A stretch of 26,512 bases of DNA from Bacteroidia bacterium (lineage in GTDB: Bacteria; Bacteroidota; Bacteroidia; UKL13-3). The notes beneath the pieces were generated by a model. It was not told the DNA's origin, searched no databases, and was given only the letters and a program-made list of their open reading frames with translations. The stretch spans positions 1 through 26,512 of the forward strand of contig DATGWX010000199.1 in NCBI GenBank assembly GCA_035299275.1, read 5' to 3'. Below are positions 1-9,090 of this stretch, piece after piece (positions within the stretch are counted from its first letter, which is position 1; every line of letters starts with the position of its first letter). A program made the position numbers and the translations under genes.

Positions 1-9
1 CAGGTAACG

Positions 10-543
10 ATGAAACAAATTTTATTATTGATCTGCGCGTTTTTATGGACGATGATTGCCACGGCACAAACCAGCAATGCAGTAGAATTTATTTTGAGTA
101 AAGAAGTGTCTCTTAGCTATACAGGATTTAATTCTATATGGCAGGCGGGCATCGAATCAGGTAATCATCAGATTTATGCAGGGCCCAAAATATCGCTTAA
201 CTACACCTATGTTCCCAGCAAACCGGTGGGAGGCTGGCAATTGGGTTACCGGTACTATTACCTTACCGGAGAAAACGTGAAATCTTTTGCGGCTATCGAC
301 TATCAGGCTTTTCTGCTTAAACCATATAATCCCACAGGCATAAGTACTAAAAAGAGAAATTCTATAAGTGAATTGTCCTTGTCTTTTGGGGTACAACGAA
401 AAATATGGAAAGGTTTAAATGCAACCGGTTCGATAGGTATTGGCAGGTATAAGGAGAATTATCATGACCTGATTATGTCAAAGCAACATAATTATACGGG
501 CTACAACGGAATGGTTAAAATAGGAGTATTGTATGAACTATAA
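10..543 (+). CDS. Secreted hypothetical protein, probable small outer-membrane beta-barrel
   Basis: Sec signal peptide (MKQILLLICAFLWTMIATA-Q). Alternating hydrophobic/aromatic strand patterns (GGWQLGYRYYYL, LSLSFGVQRKIW, MVKIGVLYEL at the C-terminus). Overlaps the next gene by 11 nt. Confidence 0.6.
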   Translation: MKQILLLICAFLWTMIATAQTSNAVEFILSKEVSLSYTGFNSIWQAGIESGNHQIYAGPKISLNYTYVPSKPVGGWQLGYRYYYLTGENVKSFAAIDYQAFLLKPYNPTGISTKKRNSISELSLSFGVQRKIWKGLNATGSIGIGRYKENYHDLIMSKQHNYTGYNGMVKIGVLYEL

Positions 544-1408
544 AATTACCGGTTTACTGTTTGCAACAGTGGCATTTTTGGCACAATCCTGTGTAAAGGA
601 TAAGCTTGAGCCTGTTCAAAATCTTAACAACAATAGAATAGGAGTTATCGGGCATGGTGGGATAGGTTTTCAGTCGCTCAACAATGAGTTGCCACACAAT
701 TCCATAACAAGTCTGCGCAAAGCAGTGGAGGCATACGGGGCTGATGGTGTGGAAGCCGATATTCAGATGAGCAGTGATAAGGTATTGTTTATGTACCACG
801 ATCATTTACTCGAAGAATCAACCAACTGCTGGGGGTGTATGTACAACATGCCCGCAGCGCAAATACGTAAGTGCAGTTATAAGAACCACTTTACCGGCAA
901 TGTGTTGCATGATGAAAAGCTGGCTCGCCTCAGCACTTTAATGGAATCCTTTTATACCAGAGGCGTAAAGCCGATTGTATTTTTTGATATGCGTACTGTG
1001 CCCCAATGTGCAACACCTGTAGAGCAGAAACAGTACATTGAACTACTGAGTGACGAAGTGCTGCGTATTATAAATCAGTATAACGCACGTGAGTGGGTAT
1101 TTGTAGAATCAACCGACTTGGATTTTTTGAAACTGCTTCGTAAAAAAGACAGCAAGGTGAAACTGATGATGGATGGAAACAATGCCAACGGAATGATTCA
1201 GCTGTGTCTTGAAAACGGATTTAATGGGATTGTGGTAGAAAATAAACATTTACACAAGCAACACGTGTTACAAGCGCATCACCATAAATTATTTGTAACT
1301 ACTTTTAATGTTAAAACAAATGCTGACCATGTTGCAGCCATTAACAAGTGGGTTGATTTTATTCAAACCGACAATATCCCCCTCTTACAGCAAATGCTTT
1401 CCCGTTAA
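533..1408 (+). CDS. Glycerophosphodiester phosphodiesterase (GDPD) family lipoprotein
   Basis: Lipobox-like FLAQSC. GDPD motifs: VIGHGG (normally HRG), NSITSLRKA, GADGVEADIQMSSD, MYHD, and C-terminal VDFIQTD. Confidence 0.85.
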   Translation: MNYKITGLLFATVAFLAQSCVKDKLEPVQNLNNNRIGVIGHGGIGFQSLNNELPHNSITSLRKAVEAYGADGVEADIQMSSDKVLFMYHDHLLEESTNCWGCMYNMPAAQIRKCSYKNHFTGNVLHDEKLARLSTLMESFYTRGVKPIVFFDMRTVPQCATPVEQKQYIELLSDEVLRIINQYNAREWVFVESTDLDFLKLLRKKDSKVKLMMDGNNANGMIQLCLENGFNGIVVENKHLHKQHVLQAHHHKLFVTTFNVKTNADHVAAINKWVDFIQTDNIPLLQQMLSR

Positions 1409-1743
1409 CACTCTTTTCTGTCCGAAAGATTTTCCATCAGCTCTTCTGTAAACTCATTCAGTGCTTCGGAAAAAGCTTTTAAACTTTCCGGGTCAATGCA
1501 GTAAGATGATTTTGTGCCGAACACATGCCCTTTAATCAGCCCGGCTTTTTTAAGCTCTTTGAGGTGCTGCGAAACAGTTGACTGGGCCAGTGGCAAATCG
1601 TTCACCAAATCTCCAACGATACATTTATTGTTCTCAGCCAGTTTGCGTAATATAGCAATACGGGCAGGGTGAGCCAACGTGCGGGCAAAGTCAGAAAGGA
1701 AAATTTCTTCTGCGTGAAAGTGGTTTTTCTTATTAAATGCCAT
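1405..1743 (-). CDS. ArsR/SmtB family transcriptional regulator
   Basis: ARTLAHPARIAIL...LPLAQSTVSQHLKELKKAGLI winged-HTH signature and YCID wing. 112 aa. Stop codon overlaps the convergent GDPD stop (ttaa, 1405-1408). Confidence 0.92.
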   Translation of the reverse strand: MAFNKKNHFHAEEIFLSDFARTLAHPARIAILRKLAENNKCIVGDLVNDLPLAQSTVSQHLKELKKAGLIKGHVFGTKSSYCIDPESLKAFSEALNEFTEELMENLSDRKEC

Positions 1744-1755
1744 AGTTGCAATGTG

Positions 1756-1773
1756 TATCGCAAAAGTGCGATA
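1756..1773. promoter_or_regulatory. Palindromic operator TATCGCA-aaag-TGCGATA, likely ArsR autoregulatory site
   Basis: Perfect 7-4-7 inverted repeat 12 nt upstream of the ArsR ATG. ArsR/SmtB repressors typically bind palindromes in their own promoter. Confidence 0.7.
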
Positions 1774-1817
1774 TGCAAACTACAAACGTGTTAAACCACC
1801 GTGAAGTTTGAGTTAAG

Positions 1818-1825
1818 CAAATGTA
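1818..1825 (-). promoter_or_regulatory. Bacteroidota -7 promoter element (TACATTTG) upstream of the ArsR gene
   Basis: Exact TAnnTTTG match on the minus strand, in the intergenic region between the TPR gene stop and the ArsR start. Confidence 0.45.
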
Positions 1826-1835
1826 AAGAGAGGAA

Positions 1836-2540
1836 TTATCTTCTTCCTCCACTCATTAAGTCTTGCAGGTTACGTTGTGCCAGAACAAAATCAGGATATA
1901 TGCGCAAAGCATTTTCAAAATCTTTTTTAGCACCGGGTAAATTTCCCTCACGTGCTTTAAGGAACGCCTGTAAATTATAAACTGCAGCTCTTAAAGGAAC
2001 CTGCTGACTGTAGTCATTCTCAATCTGAATTTCAATGGAATCTTTTTCGATAGTTGCACTATGCAGTATGGAATCAACCAGATTCTTACAATTATCAATA
2101 TTACCCATACTGAATTCCACGGCTGCTGACTGATACAGGTATTGGAAATCATTTGTGGCTTTAAATAATGCGCTGTATGCTTTTAAAACCTTCTCGGGCC
2201 GGCCCAGCTGTTGCTCTGACATAGCCACCAGTTCCATCATACGCAGGTCTTTTGGCTTTTTCTCCAGTACTTTCCCGGCATACCATGAAGCGGGTTGAAA
2301 GTTGTTGATGTTGTAATAAAGTACAGCCAATGTATCATACCAATCAGAATAAACGGTGTCTTCCAGCAGCATTTCGTTAAGCGCTACAGCAGCAGTTTGT
2401 AAGTCACCGGTTTCACGGCAGTGTTTGAAAAGTTTCATGTGGCTGCTCTCTTTCTCGGCTTGCTTTACCTCAGCAGAGTTACAGGCAGAAAGAGCAACGC
2501 ATACCGTTGCAAAAAAAAGAATGTTGTTTAAATATTTCAT
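1836..2540 (-). CDS. Tetratricopeptide-repeat lipoprotein
   Basis: Lipobox VALSAC. TPR-like helical repeats (WYDTLAVLYY, FQYLYQSAAVEF, AKKDFENALRIYPDFVLAQRNL). Starts 3 nt after the M1 peptidase stop. Confidence 0.8.
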   Translation of the reverse strand: MKYLNNILFFATVCVALSACNSAEVKQAEKESSHMKLFKHCRETGDLQTAAVALNEMLLEDTVYSDWYDTLAVLYYNINNFQPASWYAGKVLEKKPKDLRMMELVAMSEQQLGRPEKVLKAYSALFKATNDFQYLYQSAAVEFSMGNIDNCKNLVDSILHSATIEKDSIEIQIENDYSQQVPLRAAVYNLQAFLKAREGNLPGAKKDFENALRIYPDFVLAQRNLQDLMSGGRR

Positions 2541-2543
2541 CAG

Positions 2544-4433
2544 TTACTTGTTGGTGTCTAAAATTTTATCAATGGTAGTAGTGGCAACAGCGTGGTATCC
2601 TTTTCTGGCTTCAGCATAAATATTTTGGGCCATTTTTTTCATTTGTGGCTGTGAGGCCATATTGGTGTACAAAGGTTTAATAAATTTTCGTCTTCCCACA
2701 TCAATAAGAAATTTTTTTAATACCGGATAGGCAGGTTCGTATTGATTGTGTACAACCAACAGTAACCACTCGCAACGTATTTCGCTGTTGGATGAATTGA
2801 AGGAGAAGGTTTTTTGAAGTTCGCTCATTTGAATTGCGGTCAGCTTTCTGGGTAAGCTGCGTAAGAATTGCACCCATTGGTAAGTGTGCCAGTTTTTTGT
2901 GTTTAATCCTGAAGCGCTGTTTCCCGTTTCGAATTTTTTGGCAGCTTCTTTGGCGTTGTTTATATCTTCAGAAACAGGTGGTTCAAATGAAGTAGGCAAA
3001 CCCTTTCCATAAATCCATTCTTGTACATTGGCCTGCTTTTTCAGTTCAGCAGTTGTAAGCAACTGATTGTTGAGTGTTTCAATAAATTGTTCAGTAGTAA
3101 CCGTTTTAAAGGCAAATGAGTCAAAATAATTTCTGAGAAACCTGTCCCATTTTTCTCTTCCGGTAATTTTTTCCAGATGGGTTAAAAAGAATCGCCCCTT
3201 TTCATAAGCAATATCTGAAACAGCATCATCCGGATCTATTCCCTTCAGATTCAGTTTCAGCGAGGTCATCTCGTTTTCTGGCCCAAATTCATCCAACGTG
3301 CGCAGTAATTCCCAATAGCCGGTGTATTCATGCATTTTACCGAATGCTTTTCCGTAAAGGTCTTCCATAATGCGGTTTTCAAAATACACCGTAAACCCCT
3401 CATTGAGCCAGAAGTCGTTCCAGGTATGGTTGGTGGCCAAGTTACCACTCCAACTATGTGCCAGCTCATGTGCCAATAGTGATACTAAAGAACGGTCACC
3501 GGAAGTAATGGTAGGTGTGGCAAAAGTAACGCAGGGATTTTCCATACCTCCGAAAGGGAAACTGGGCGGAAGCACCACCACATCGTATCTGCCCCAACGA
3601 TACGGGCCATATAATTTTTCAGATGAAGCAATCATTTTCGAAAGGTCAGAGAATTCTTTGCTGGCCGATTCAATTATTCCTCCCTCTGCCATTACCCCAC
3701 ATCCTGAACCGAGTGAGCGGAAGTGCAAGTCACCCACACACAGCGCCATCAGGTAAGCGGGTATAGGCTTGTCCATTTCAAAAGCATATACCCCGTTTTG
3801 GTTAACTACAGTATCGTGTGCAGCACTCATAACGGCCATCATTCCTTTGGGCACATGAACTTTAGCGGTATAGGTAAATCTTACAGCCGGTGCATCCTGG
3901 CAAGGAATCCAGCTTCTGGCCAATATGGCCTGAGATTGTGTGTATAAAAATCCTGATTTTTTATCGAGCGTTTGTTGGGGTTCTAACCACTGGAGTGCCG
4001 CAGCCCCTGCATCAGTGTGGTAAGAAATTGTAACCGATTGAGCATGTTCAGGTAAAACAATGTACAAGGCATTTCCCCAGGGGGCTTCATGTTCTTTAAT
4101 ACGAAAAACAGCCTGTTCGTTATCGTTGATGAGTACGTTTTCAATAGAAATATCTCTGGTGTCTAAAACTAAGGTATCGCAAAGGGACAAGCGCTCAATT
4201 TGCCATTTGGCATTACCTTTGAGTTGTTGGGTTGTAAAATCGACTGTAAGTAAAAGGTCAAGATGCTTGAGCCGGTTCTGTTCATAGTTGGCAAAGGAAT
4301 GGAAATCGGGTTGATGAACAACAGAATGGCCTGACTTGGGTTGGTTAATACAGCTTGACAGAAGGAGTAGGCAAGTGAATACTAACAGTTGATAATGTGG
4401 GATGTGTATAGTTTTCCGCTGTCTTTCAGTCAT
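2544..4433 (-). CDS. M1 family zinc aminopeptidase, leukotriene-A4-hydrolase-like, probable lipoprotein
   Basis: SFPFGGMENP exopeptidase motif, HELAHSW (HEXXH), NEGFTVY third zinc ligand, AYEKG catalytic Tyr, C-terminal VGRRKFIKPLY typical of the LTA4H clade. LLLSSC lipobox. Confidence 0.95.
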   Translation of the reverse strand: MTERQRKTIHIPHYQLLVFTCLLLLSSCINQPKSGHSVVHQPDFHSFANYEQNRLKHLDLLLTVDFTTQQLKGNAKWQIERLSLCDTLVLDTRDISIENVLINDNEQAVFRIKEHEAPWGNALYIVLPEHAQSVTISYHTDAGAAALQWLEPQQTLDKKSGFLYTQSQAILARSWIPCQDAPAVRFTYTAKVHVPKGMMAVMSAAHDTVVNQNGVYAFEMDKPIPAYLMALCVGDLHFRSLGSGCGVMAEGGIIESASKEFSDLSKMIASSEKLYGPYRWGRYDVVVLPPSFPFGGMENPCVTFATPTITSGDRSLVSLLAHELAHSWSGNLATNHTWNDFWLNEGFTVYFENRIMEDLYGKAFGKMHEYTGYWELLRTLDEFGPENEMTSLKLNLKGIDPDDAVSDIAYEKGRFFLTHLEKITGREKWDRFLRNYFDSFAFKTVTTEQFIETLNNQLLTTAELKKQANVQEWIYGKGLPTSFEPPVSEDINNAKEAAKKFETGNSASGLNTKNWHTYQWVQFLRSLPRKLTAIQMSELQKTFSFNSSNSEIRCEWLLLVVHNQYEPAYPVLKKFLIDVGRRKFIKPLYTNMASQPQMKKMAQNIYAEARKGYHAVATTTIDKILDTNK

Positions 4434-4471
4434 TATGTGATAAACTTTTAATAATTTTATGTTTTAGTATT

Positions 4472-4493
4472 GTTCAAAAACTTATTTTTGAAC
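4472..4493. promoter_or_regulatory. 9-4-9 inverted repeat GTTCAAAAA-ctta-TTTTTGAAC overlapping a TATTTTTG -7 element (4483-4490)
   Basis: Perfect inverted repeat in the divergent intergenic region between the M1 peptidase and the DUF4468-like gene. Confidence 0.45.
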
Positions 4494-4553
4494 TGTTGTC
4501 AAAAAATATTTCACCACAATATTAGAATAGTGAAGCCAATAAAACGAACCTGC

Positions 4554-5246
4554 ATGAAAAAACTCTTTTCAGTATTAGTGTTCACACTAGCACTGTCTCT
4601 CTCAGGCGTAGCTCAGAACAATGAAGAAAGTCAGGATATTTTCAATGACGTTCAGCCGGCAGAGGAACAACCTGCCGACCCTAATGCGCCATTAAAGGAT
4701 GGGGAAAAAAAGCCTGCTGCACCTAAGCCGTTTGTGAGATTAGTCCTGCCCATAGATTCTGTTACCAGTTTAATCACCTACACAGAGATTGTTGAACAAC
4801 CTGAATCTCAGGCCGACTCCTTATATGTACGTGCTAAGCGTTGGGCAGTGAAAAATTTTACCAAAAACGGAGAGAAACCAAAGGAAATATTTGAAGTAGA
4901 CAAAAAGGACAATAAACTTGTCATAAAAGGGTACATTGATGCAAATGTATACGGCAGCAAATATTCCAAGAAGAACATGGGGTATCATATGTTTACCATT
5001 ACGGTGTGGATTAAAGAGGGCCGGTATAAGTACACCATCACTAACCTGTACAATGTAAATAAACTTTTTGACGGGGATAAAGCTGAACCCACCAAAACAT
5101 ATTTTGAGTACTACAACACTACTACCACCAACCCGAAATCAGCCGATGCTATTTTGCGCGGTGCAGATAGTGATCTCAACAAACTTATAAAAGACCTCAA
5201 GCGCGACATGCGTGATCCCGTTCAAGTGGACGAGGACGATTGGTAG
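4554..5246 (+). CDS. Secreted DUF4468-like protein with acidic/Pro-rich N-terminal linker
   Basis: Start moved from 4470 to ATG 4554, which gives a clean signal peptide (MKKLFSVLVFTLALSLSGVA-Q). ITYTEIVE...DSLYVRAKRW...LVIKG...FTITVWIKEGRYKYTITN pattern matches DUF4468. Confidence 0.7.
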   Translation: MKKLFSVLVFTLALSLSGVAQNNEESQDIFNDVQPAEEQPADPNAPLKDGEKKPAAPKPFVRLVLPIDSVTSLITYTEIVEQPESQADSLYVRAKRWAVKNFTKNGEKPKEIFEVDKKDNKLVIKGYIDANVYGSKYSKKNMGYHMFTITVWIKEGRYKYTITNLYNVNKLFDGDKAEPTKTYFEYYNTTTTNPKSADAILRGADSDLNKLIKDLKRDMRDPVQVDEDDW

Positions 5247-5252
5247 TAGTTA

Positions 5253-5990
5253 TTACTTATCGGTTTTAAAGTAGAAGTCTCCCTTGTTGTAGTGGAGGAA
5301 CGTTTCGCTGCTTAGTAGCATAAGTTTGCCCTCATCTAAACCGTAAGGCTTGTATCCCAATTTTTTCAACGCATCAGCTATCAGTTGTCTGTTCTCGGCA
5401 GAGGAAATCTCAATTTGAATTACAGGTTTGAACCGCTCCAATGTTTTTAGAAAATGCGGGAATATGTGTATTTCGTAACCTTCCACATCACATTTTACAT
5501 AATCTAACCTTTGCAGGTTACTAAAGAGTTGGTCGGGTACTTTCATATCCACCTCATAGGTGTGGGCTATGGAACTATCGTTACCTTCAATAACCTTGGT
5601 TAAGCCGTGGCGAAACACACCCTCTACAACCGGGGTTCCCATCTTTATTTTTTTCTCTTCGCTACCTAAAGCAAAGGGTAGTATTTCAACATTACTACAA
5701 TTGAACCTGCTCAGGTTTTTCTCCAGAATATTTCTGAATAAAGCCACCGGCTCTACTGCATATATTTTCCCTTTGGTAAGGTGAGCCATTCGGGTAGAGT
5801 AATACCCCACATTGGCGCCTAAATCAATACAAACAAAATCGGGCTGAATGATGGTATCGAGGTAAAACAATTCAGGATACTTCTCGCGGTACATCCCTGC
5901 ATTTACCATCCGGATATATGTAGTGCTGATAAGTTGCAGGTACTTTTCTGTGCCCAATGCTGATGCGAGAAACTGACGAATGAATTTCAT
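5253..5990 (-). CDS. FkbM family SAM-dependent methyltransferase
   Basis: IDLGANVGYYS motif I, YAVEPV, FALGS, DYVKCDVEGYE, PVIQIE. Confidence 0.92.
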   Translation of the reverse strand: MKFIRQFLASALGTEKYLQLISTTYIRMVNAGMYREKYPELFYLDTIIQPDFVCIDLGANVGYYSTRMAHLTKGKIYAVEPVALFRNILEKNLSRFNCSNVEILPFALGSEEKKIKMGTPVVEGVFRHGLTKVIEGNDSSIAHTYEVDMKVPDQLFSNLQRLDYVKCDVEGYEIHIFPHFLKTLERFKPVIQIEISSAENRQLIADALKKLGYKPYGLDEGKLMLLSSETFLHYNKGDFYFKTDK

Positions 5991-5993
5991 GGA

Positions 5994-6227
5994 TTAATCT
6001 TTTACTTCTTCGTAATCGGTATAATCACCTTCGTCATTTTTATAACGCTGACGTTTTACCACATCTGTATTTTCAATTCTTACTGACCCTTCTTTTTTTT
6101 CTTCCGGCTTTGGGTGGCTGTGGTAGTAGTGTTTTTCCACTTTCACCATAAAGTTGCCGAACAGCAATCGCATCAGTATTCTGAACAGTATAACTACTGC
6201 TATTGTAGTCAGCAGAAACTTTACCAT
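5994..6227 (-). CDS. Small membrane protein, DUF4834-like
   Basis: N-terminal TM helix, KKEGSVRI segment and C-terminal EGDYTDYEEVKD motif characteristic of this Bacteroidota family. 3-nt gaps to both neighbours. Confidence 0.75.
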   Translation of the reverse strand: MVKFLLTTIAVVILFRILMRLLFGNFMVKVEKHYYHSHPKPEEKKEGSVRIENTDVVKRQRYKNDEGDYTDYEEVKD

Positions 6228-6230
6228 AAC

Positions 6231-9050
6231 TTATTTACTTAAGTACATGGATTTCTCCTTGTACAAATGACGGAAGAATGGGTCGTTAAGGTCTTTGATA
6301 AAACGAATGGCCTCTCCGGTTGACTTCATTTCAGGGCCCAGCTCTTTATTTACCCCGATAAACTTATTAAAGGAGAACACCGGTTCTTTTATGGCATATC
6401 CCTGAAGTTTTTCTTCAATCTTGAAATCTGTTAATTTATGTGTTCCCAGCATCACTTTAGTCGCAATGTTTACGTATGGAACATCGTATGCTTTGGCTAT
6501 AAAAGGCACAGTGCGTGAGGCACGAGGGTTGGCTTCAATTACGTATACCTTTTCATCTTTTATGGCGTACTGTATGTTGAGTAAACCTTTTACACGCATA
6601 TTTTTTGCGAGCTTCACTGCGTACTCAGCCATCGCCTTTTTAACATTTTCACTCAGGCTGAAAGGAGGTAATACAGCACAGGAATCACCGCTATGTATAC
6701 CGGCCGGTTCAATGTGTTCCATCATGCCTACAATGTGTACGTTTTCTCCGTCACTTATGCAATCCACTTCGGCTTCTTCAGCACGGTCAAGGAAATGGTC
6801 AATCAGCACACGGTTGCCGGGCAAGTCGCCCAACAAACTGATAACGGCTGATTCGAGCTCTTCATCGTTGATTACAATTTTCATCCCCTGACCACCTAAT
6901 ACGTATGACGGACGAACCAATACCGGATAGCCTACTTTTTTCGCTACCACAATGGCTTCTTCAGCAGTTTCGGCTACACCGTACATCGGGTAAGGAATGT
7001 CAAGTTCTTTGAGTAAGTCAGAGAACAAGCCGCGGTCTTCAGCAAGGTCCATATCAGCATAAGAAGTGCCGATAATTTTTATGCCTTTTTCGTGCAGACG
7101 TTTTGATAATTTCAACGCGGTTTGTCCGCCCAGTTGTACAATTACACCTTCAGGTTTTTCCAACTCAATAATTTCCCAAATGTGTTCCCAGAATACCGGC
7201 TCGAAGTAAAGTTTATCGGCCATATCAAAATCTGTAGAAACCGTTTCAGGGTTACAGTTAATCATGATGGCTTCGTAACCGCATTCTTTAGCAGCAAGTA
7301 ATCCGTGTACACAGCTGTAGTCGAATTCAATTCCCTGTCCAATGCGGTTAGGTCCTGAACCCAGTACGATAATTTTTTTGCGGTCAGTAGCTACTGACTC
7401 ATTTTCTCCATCAAACGTAGAGTAGAAATAGTTGGTAGGCGAAGGGAACTCAGCGGCACAGGTATCTACAATTTTATATACTCTGCGAATGCCCATAGAT
7501 TTTCTGCGTTCATAAACCTCATCTTCTGAGGTATTGTTGCCCAGCACCCAGGCAATTTGTGCATCAGAGAATCCTTTTTCTTTGAGTTCTACAAATAAGT
7601 CATGAGGAATATTATTCAGACTGAAACGTTTGAGTTCTGTTTCCAGGCGCACAAGGTCTTGTATCTGGGTAAGGAACCAACGGTCAATTCGCGTAAGTTT
7701 TTCTACACTGGAAATGGGTACACCCATGTTAAAGGCATCCTTGATGTGGAATAACCTGTCCCACGATGGAAACTGTAAACTGTGCGCAATCTCTTCCAGG
7801 TTGCGTAACTGATGCCCGTCAGCACCCATTCCTAGGCGTCCGATTTCCAACGACTGGCAAGCTTTCTGTAAAGCCTCGATAAACGTGCGACCAATTCCCA
7901 TAACCTCTCCTACAGATTTCATCTGCAAGCCCAGTTGTTTATCGGCTCCTTTAAATTTATCAAAGTTCCAACGTGGAATTTTTACGATTACGTAGTCCAG
8001 TGCCGGTTCAAAATAGGCAGACGTGGTTTTGGTAACCGGATTTTTTAACTCATCGAGGTTGTAACCAATGGCCAGTTTAGAGGCAATTTTAGCAATAGGA
8101 TATCCGGTGGCTTTTGATGCCAGTGCCGATGAACGGGAAACGCGGGGGTTAATTTCTATAGCAATCAGTTCTTCGTTTTCGGGGTTTACGGCAAACTGTA
8201 CGTTACACCCACCGGCAAAATTACCAATGGAGCGCATCATGTGTATGGCCATGTCGCGCATGGTTTGAAAACACGTGTCACTTAAAGTCATGGCCGGTGC
8301 AACGGTTATGGAATCACCTGTGTGCACGCCCATGGGGTCAAAGTTCTCGATAGAACAGATAATGCACACGTTGTCGTTGCCATCGCGCAGCAGTTCCAGT
8401 TCATATTCTTTCCAACCCAGTACCGCTTTTTCTACCAGTACTTCGTGTGTGGGAGAGGCTTGTAATCCGCGCATTAACGCGGCTTCAAACTCTTCTTTTT
8501 TCCATACAAAACCACCGCCATAACCACCCAAAGTGAAAGAGGGGCGTATTACCAGCGGGAAACCTATTTCCTGGGCAATTTCTTTTCCTTCCAAAAAGGA
8601 ATTGGCTGTTTTAGAAGGTGCTACGGGAATGCCTATTTGCACCATTAACTGGCGGAATTTTTCACGATCTTCAGTAGTTTCAATGGCATGCACATCCACA
8701 CCAATCATACGTACTCCGTATTTTTTCCAGATACCCAGCTCCTCCGCCTCAATGGCTAAGTTCAATGCAGTTTGCCCGCCCATGGTAGGCAGCACAGCAT
8801 CTATCTGGCGTTCTTCCAGAATTTGTACAATTGAATCGGTAGTAAGCGGCAGCAGGTAAATATGTTCTGCAGTTACTTTGTCCGTCATAATGGTAGCGGG
8901 GTTGCTGTTAATGAGCGTAACCTCAATGCCCTCTTCTTTGAGCGAACGCGCAGCCTGACTGCCCGAATAATCAAACTCACAGGCTTGTCCGATAATGATG
9001 GGACCGCTTCCGATAATTAATACTGATTTTATGCTGTTGTCTTTTGGCAC
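6231..9050 (-). CDS. carB: Carbamoyl-phosphate synthase large subunit (short form, no C-terminal MGS domain)
   Basis: GTG start. LIIGSGPIIIGQACEFDYSG, two ATP-grasp halves (RPSFTLGG / RPSYVLGG), NPRVSRSSALASKATGYPIA, GPEMKSTGE near the C-terminus. 939 aa. Confidence 0.98.
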   Translation of the reverse strand: MPKDNSIKSVLIIGSGPIIIGQACEFDYSGSQAARSLKEEGIEVTLINSNPATIMTDKVTAEHIYLLPLTTDSIVQILEERQIDAVLPTMGGQTALNLAIEAEELGIWKKYGVRMIGVDVHAIETTEDREKFRQLMVQIGIPVAPSKTANSFLEGKEIAQEIGFPLVIRPSFTLGGYGGGFVWKKEEFEAALMRGLQASPTHEVLVEKAVLGWKEYELELLRDGNDNVCIICSIENFDPMGVHTGDSITVAPAMTLSDTCFQTMRDMAIHMMRSIGNFAGGCNVQFAVNPENEELIAIEINPRVSRSSALASKATGYPIAKIASKLAIGYNLDELKNPVTKTTSAYFEPALDYVIVKIPRWNFDKFKGADKQLGLQMKSVGEVMGIGRTFIEALQKACQSLEIGRLGMGADGHQLRNLEEIAHSLQFPSWDRLFHIKDAFNMGVPISSVEKLTRIDRWFLTQIQDLVRLETELKRFSLNNIPHDLFVELKEKGFSDAQIAWVLGNNTSEDEVYERRKSMGIRRVYKIVDTCAAEFPSPTNYFYSTFDGENESVATDRKKIIVLGSGPNRIGQGIEFDYSCVHGLLAAKECGYEAIMINCNPETVSTDFDMADKLYFEPVFWEHIWEIIELEKPEGVIVQLGGQTALKLSKRLHEKGIKIIGTSYADMDLAEDRGLFSDLLKELDIPYPMYGVAETAEEAIVVAKKVGYPVLVRPSYVLGGQGMKIVINDEELESAVISLLGDLPGNRVLIDHFLDRAEEAEVDCISDGENVHIVGMMEHIEPAGIHSGDSCAVLPPFSLSENVKKAMAEYAVKLAKNMRVKGLLNIQYAIKDEKVYVIEANPRASRTVPFIAKAYDVPYVNIATKVMLGTHKLTDFKIEEKLQGYAIKEPVFSFNKFIGVNKELGPEMKSTGEAIRFIKDLNDPFFRHLYKEKSMYLSK

Positions 9051-9090
9051 GGATAAAACAATTAAGGATGACCTTTAAATATAAATTGGG

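Noticed and set aside
2511-2518. A8 homopolymer near the 5' end of the TPR lipoprotein gene
   Set aside because: Too short in an AT-rich genome to argue for phase variation; the frame is intact.
4470-4553. Long N-terminal extensions given by the ORF track here and at 12646, 15446, 19559 and 19690
   Set aside because: They overlap promoter motifs or opposite genes; downstream ATGs give clean signal peptides or family-typical N-termini.
6421-8859. Plus-strand ORFs of 60-156 aa inside carB
   Set aside because: Antisense shadows of a highly conserved gene; no recognisable motifs.
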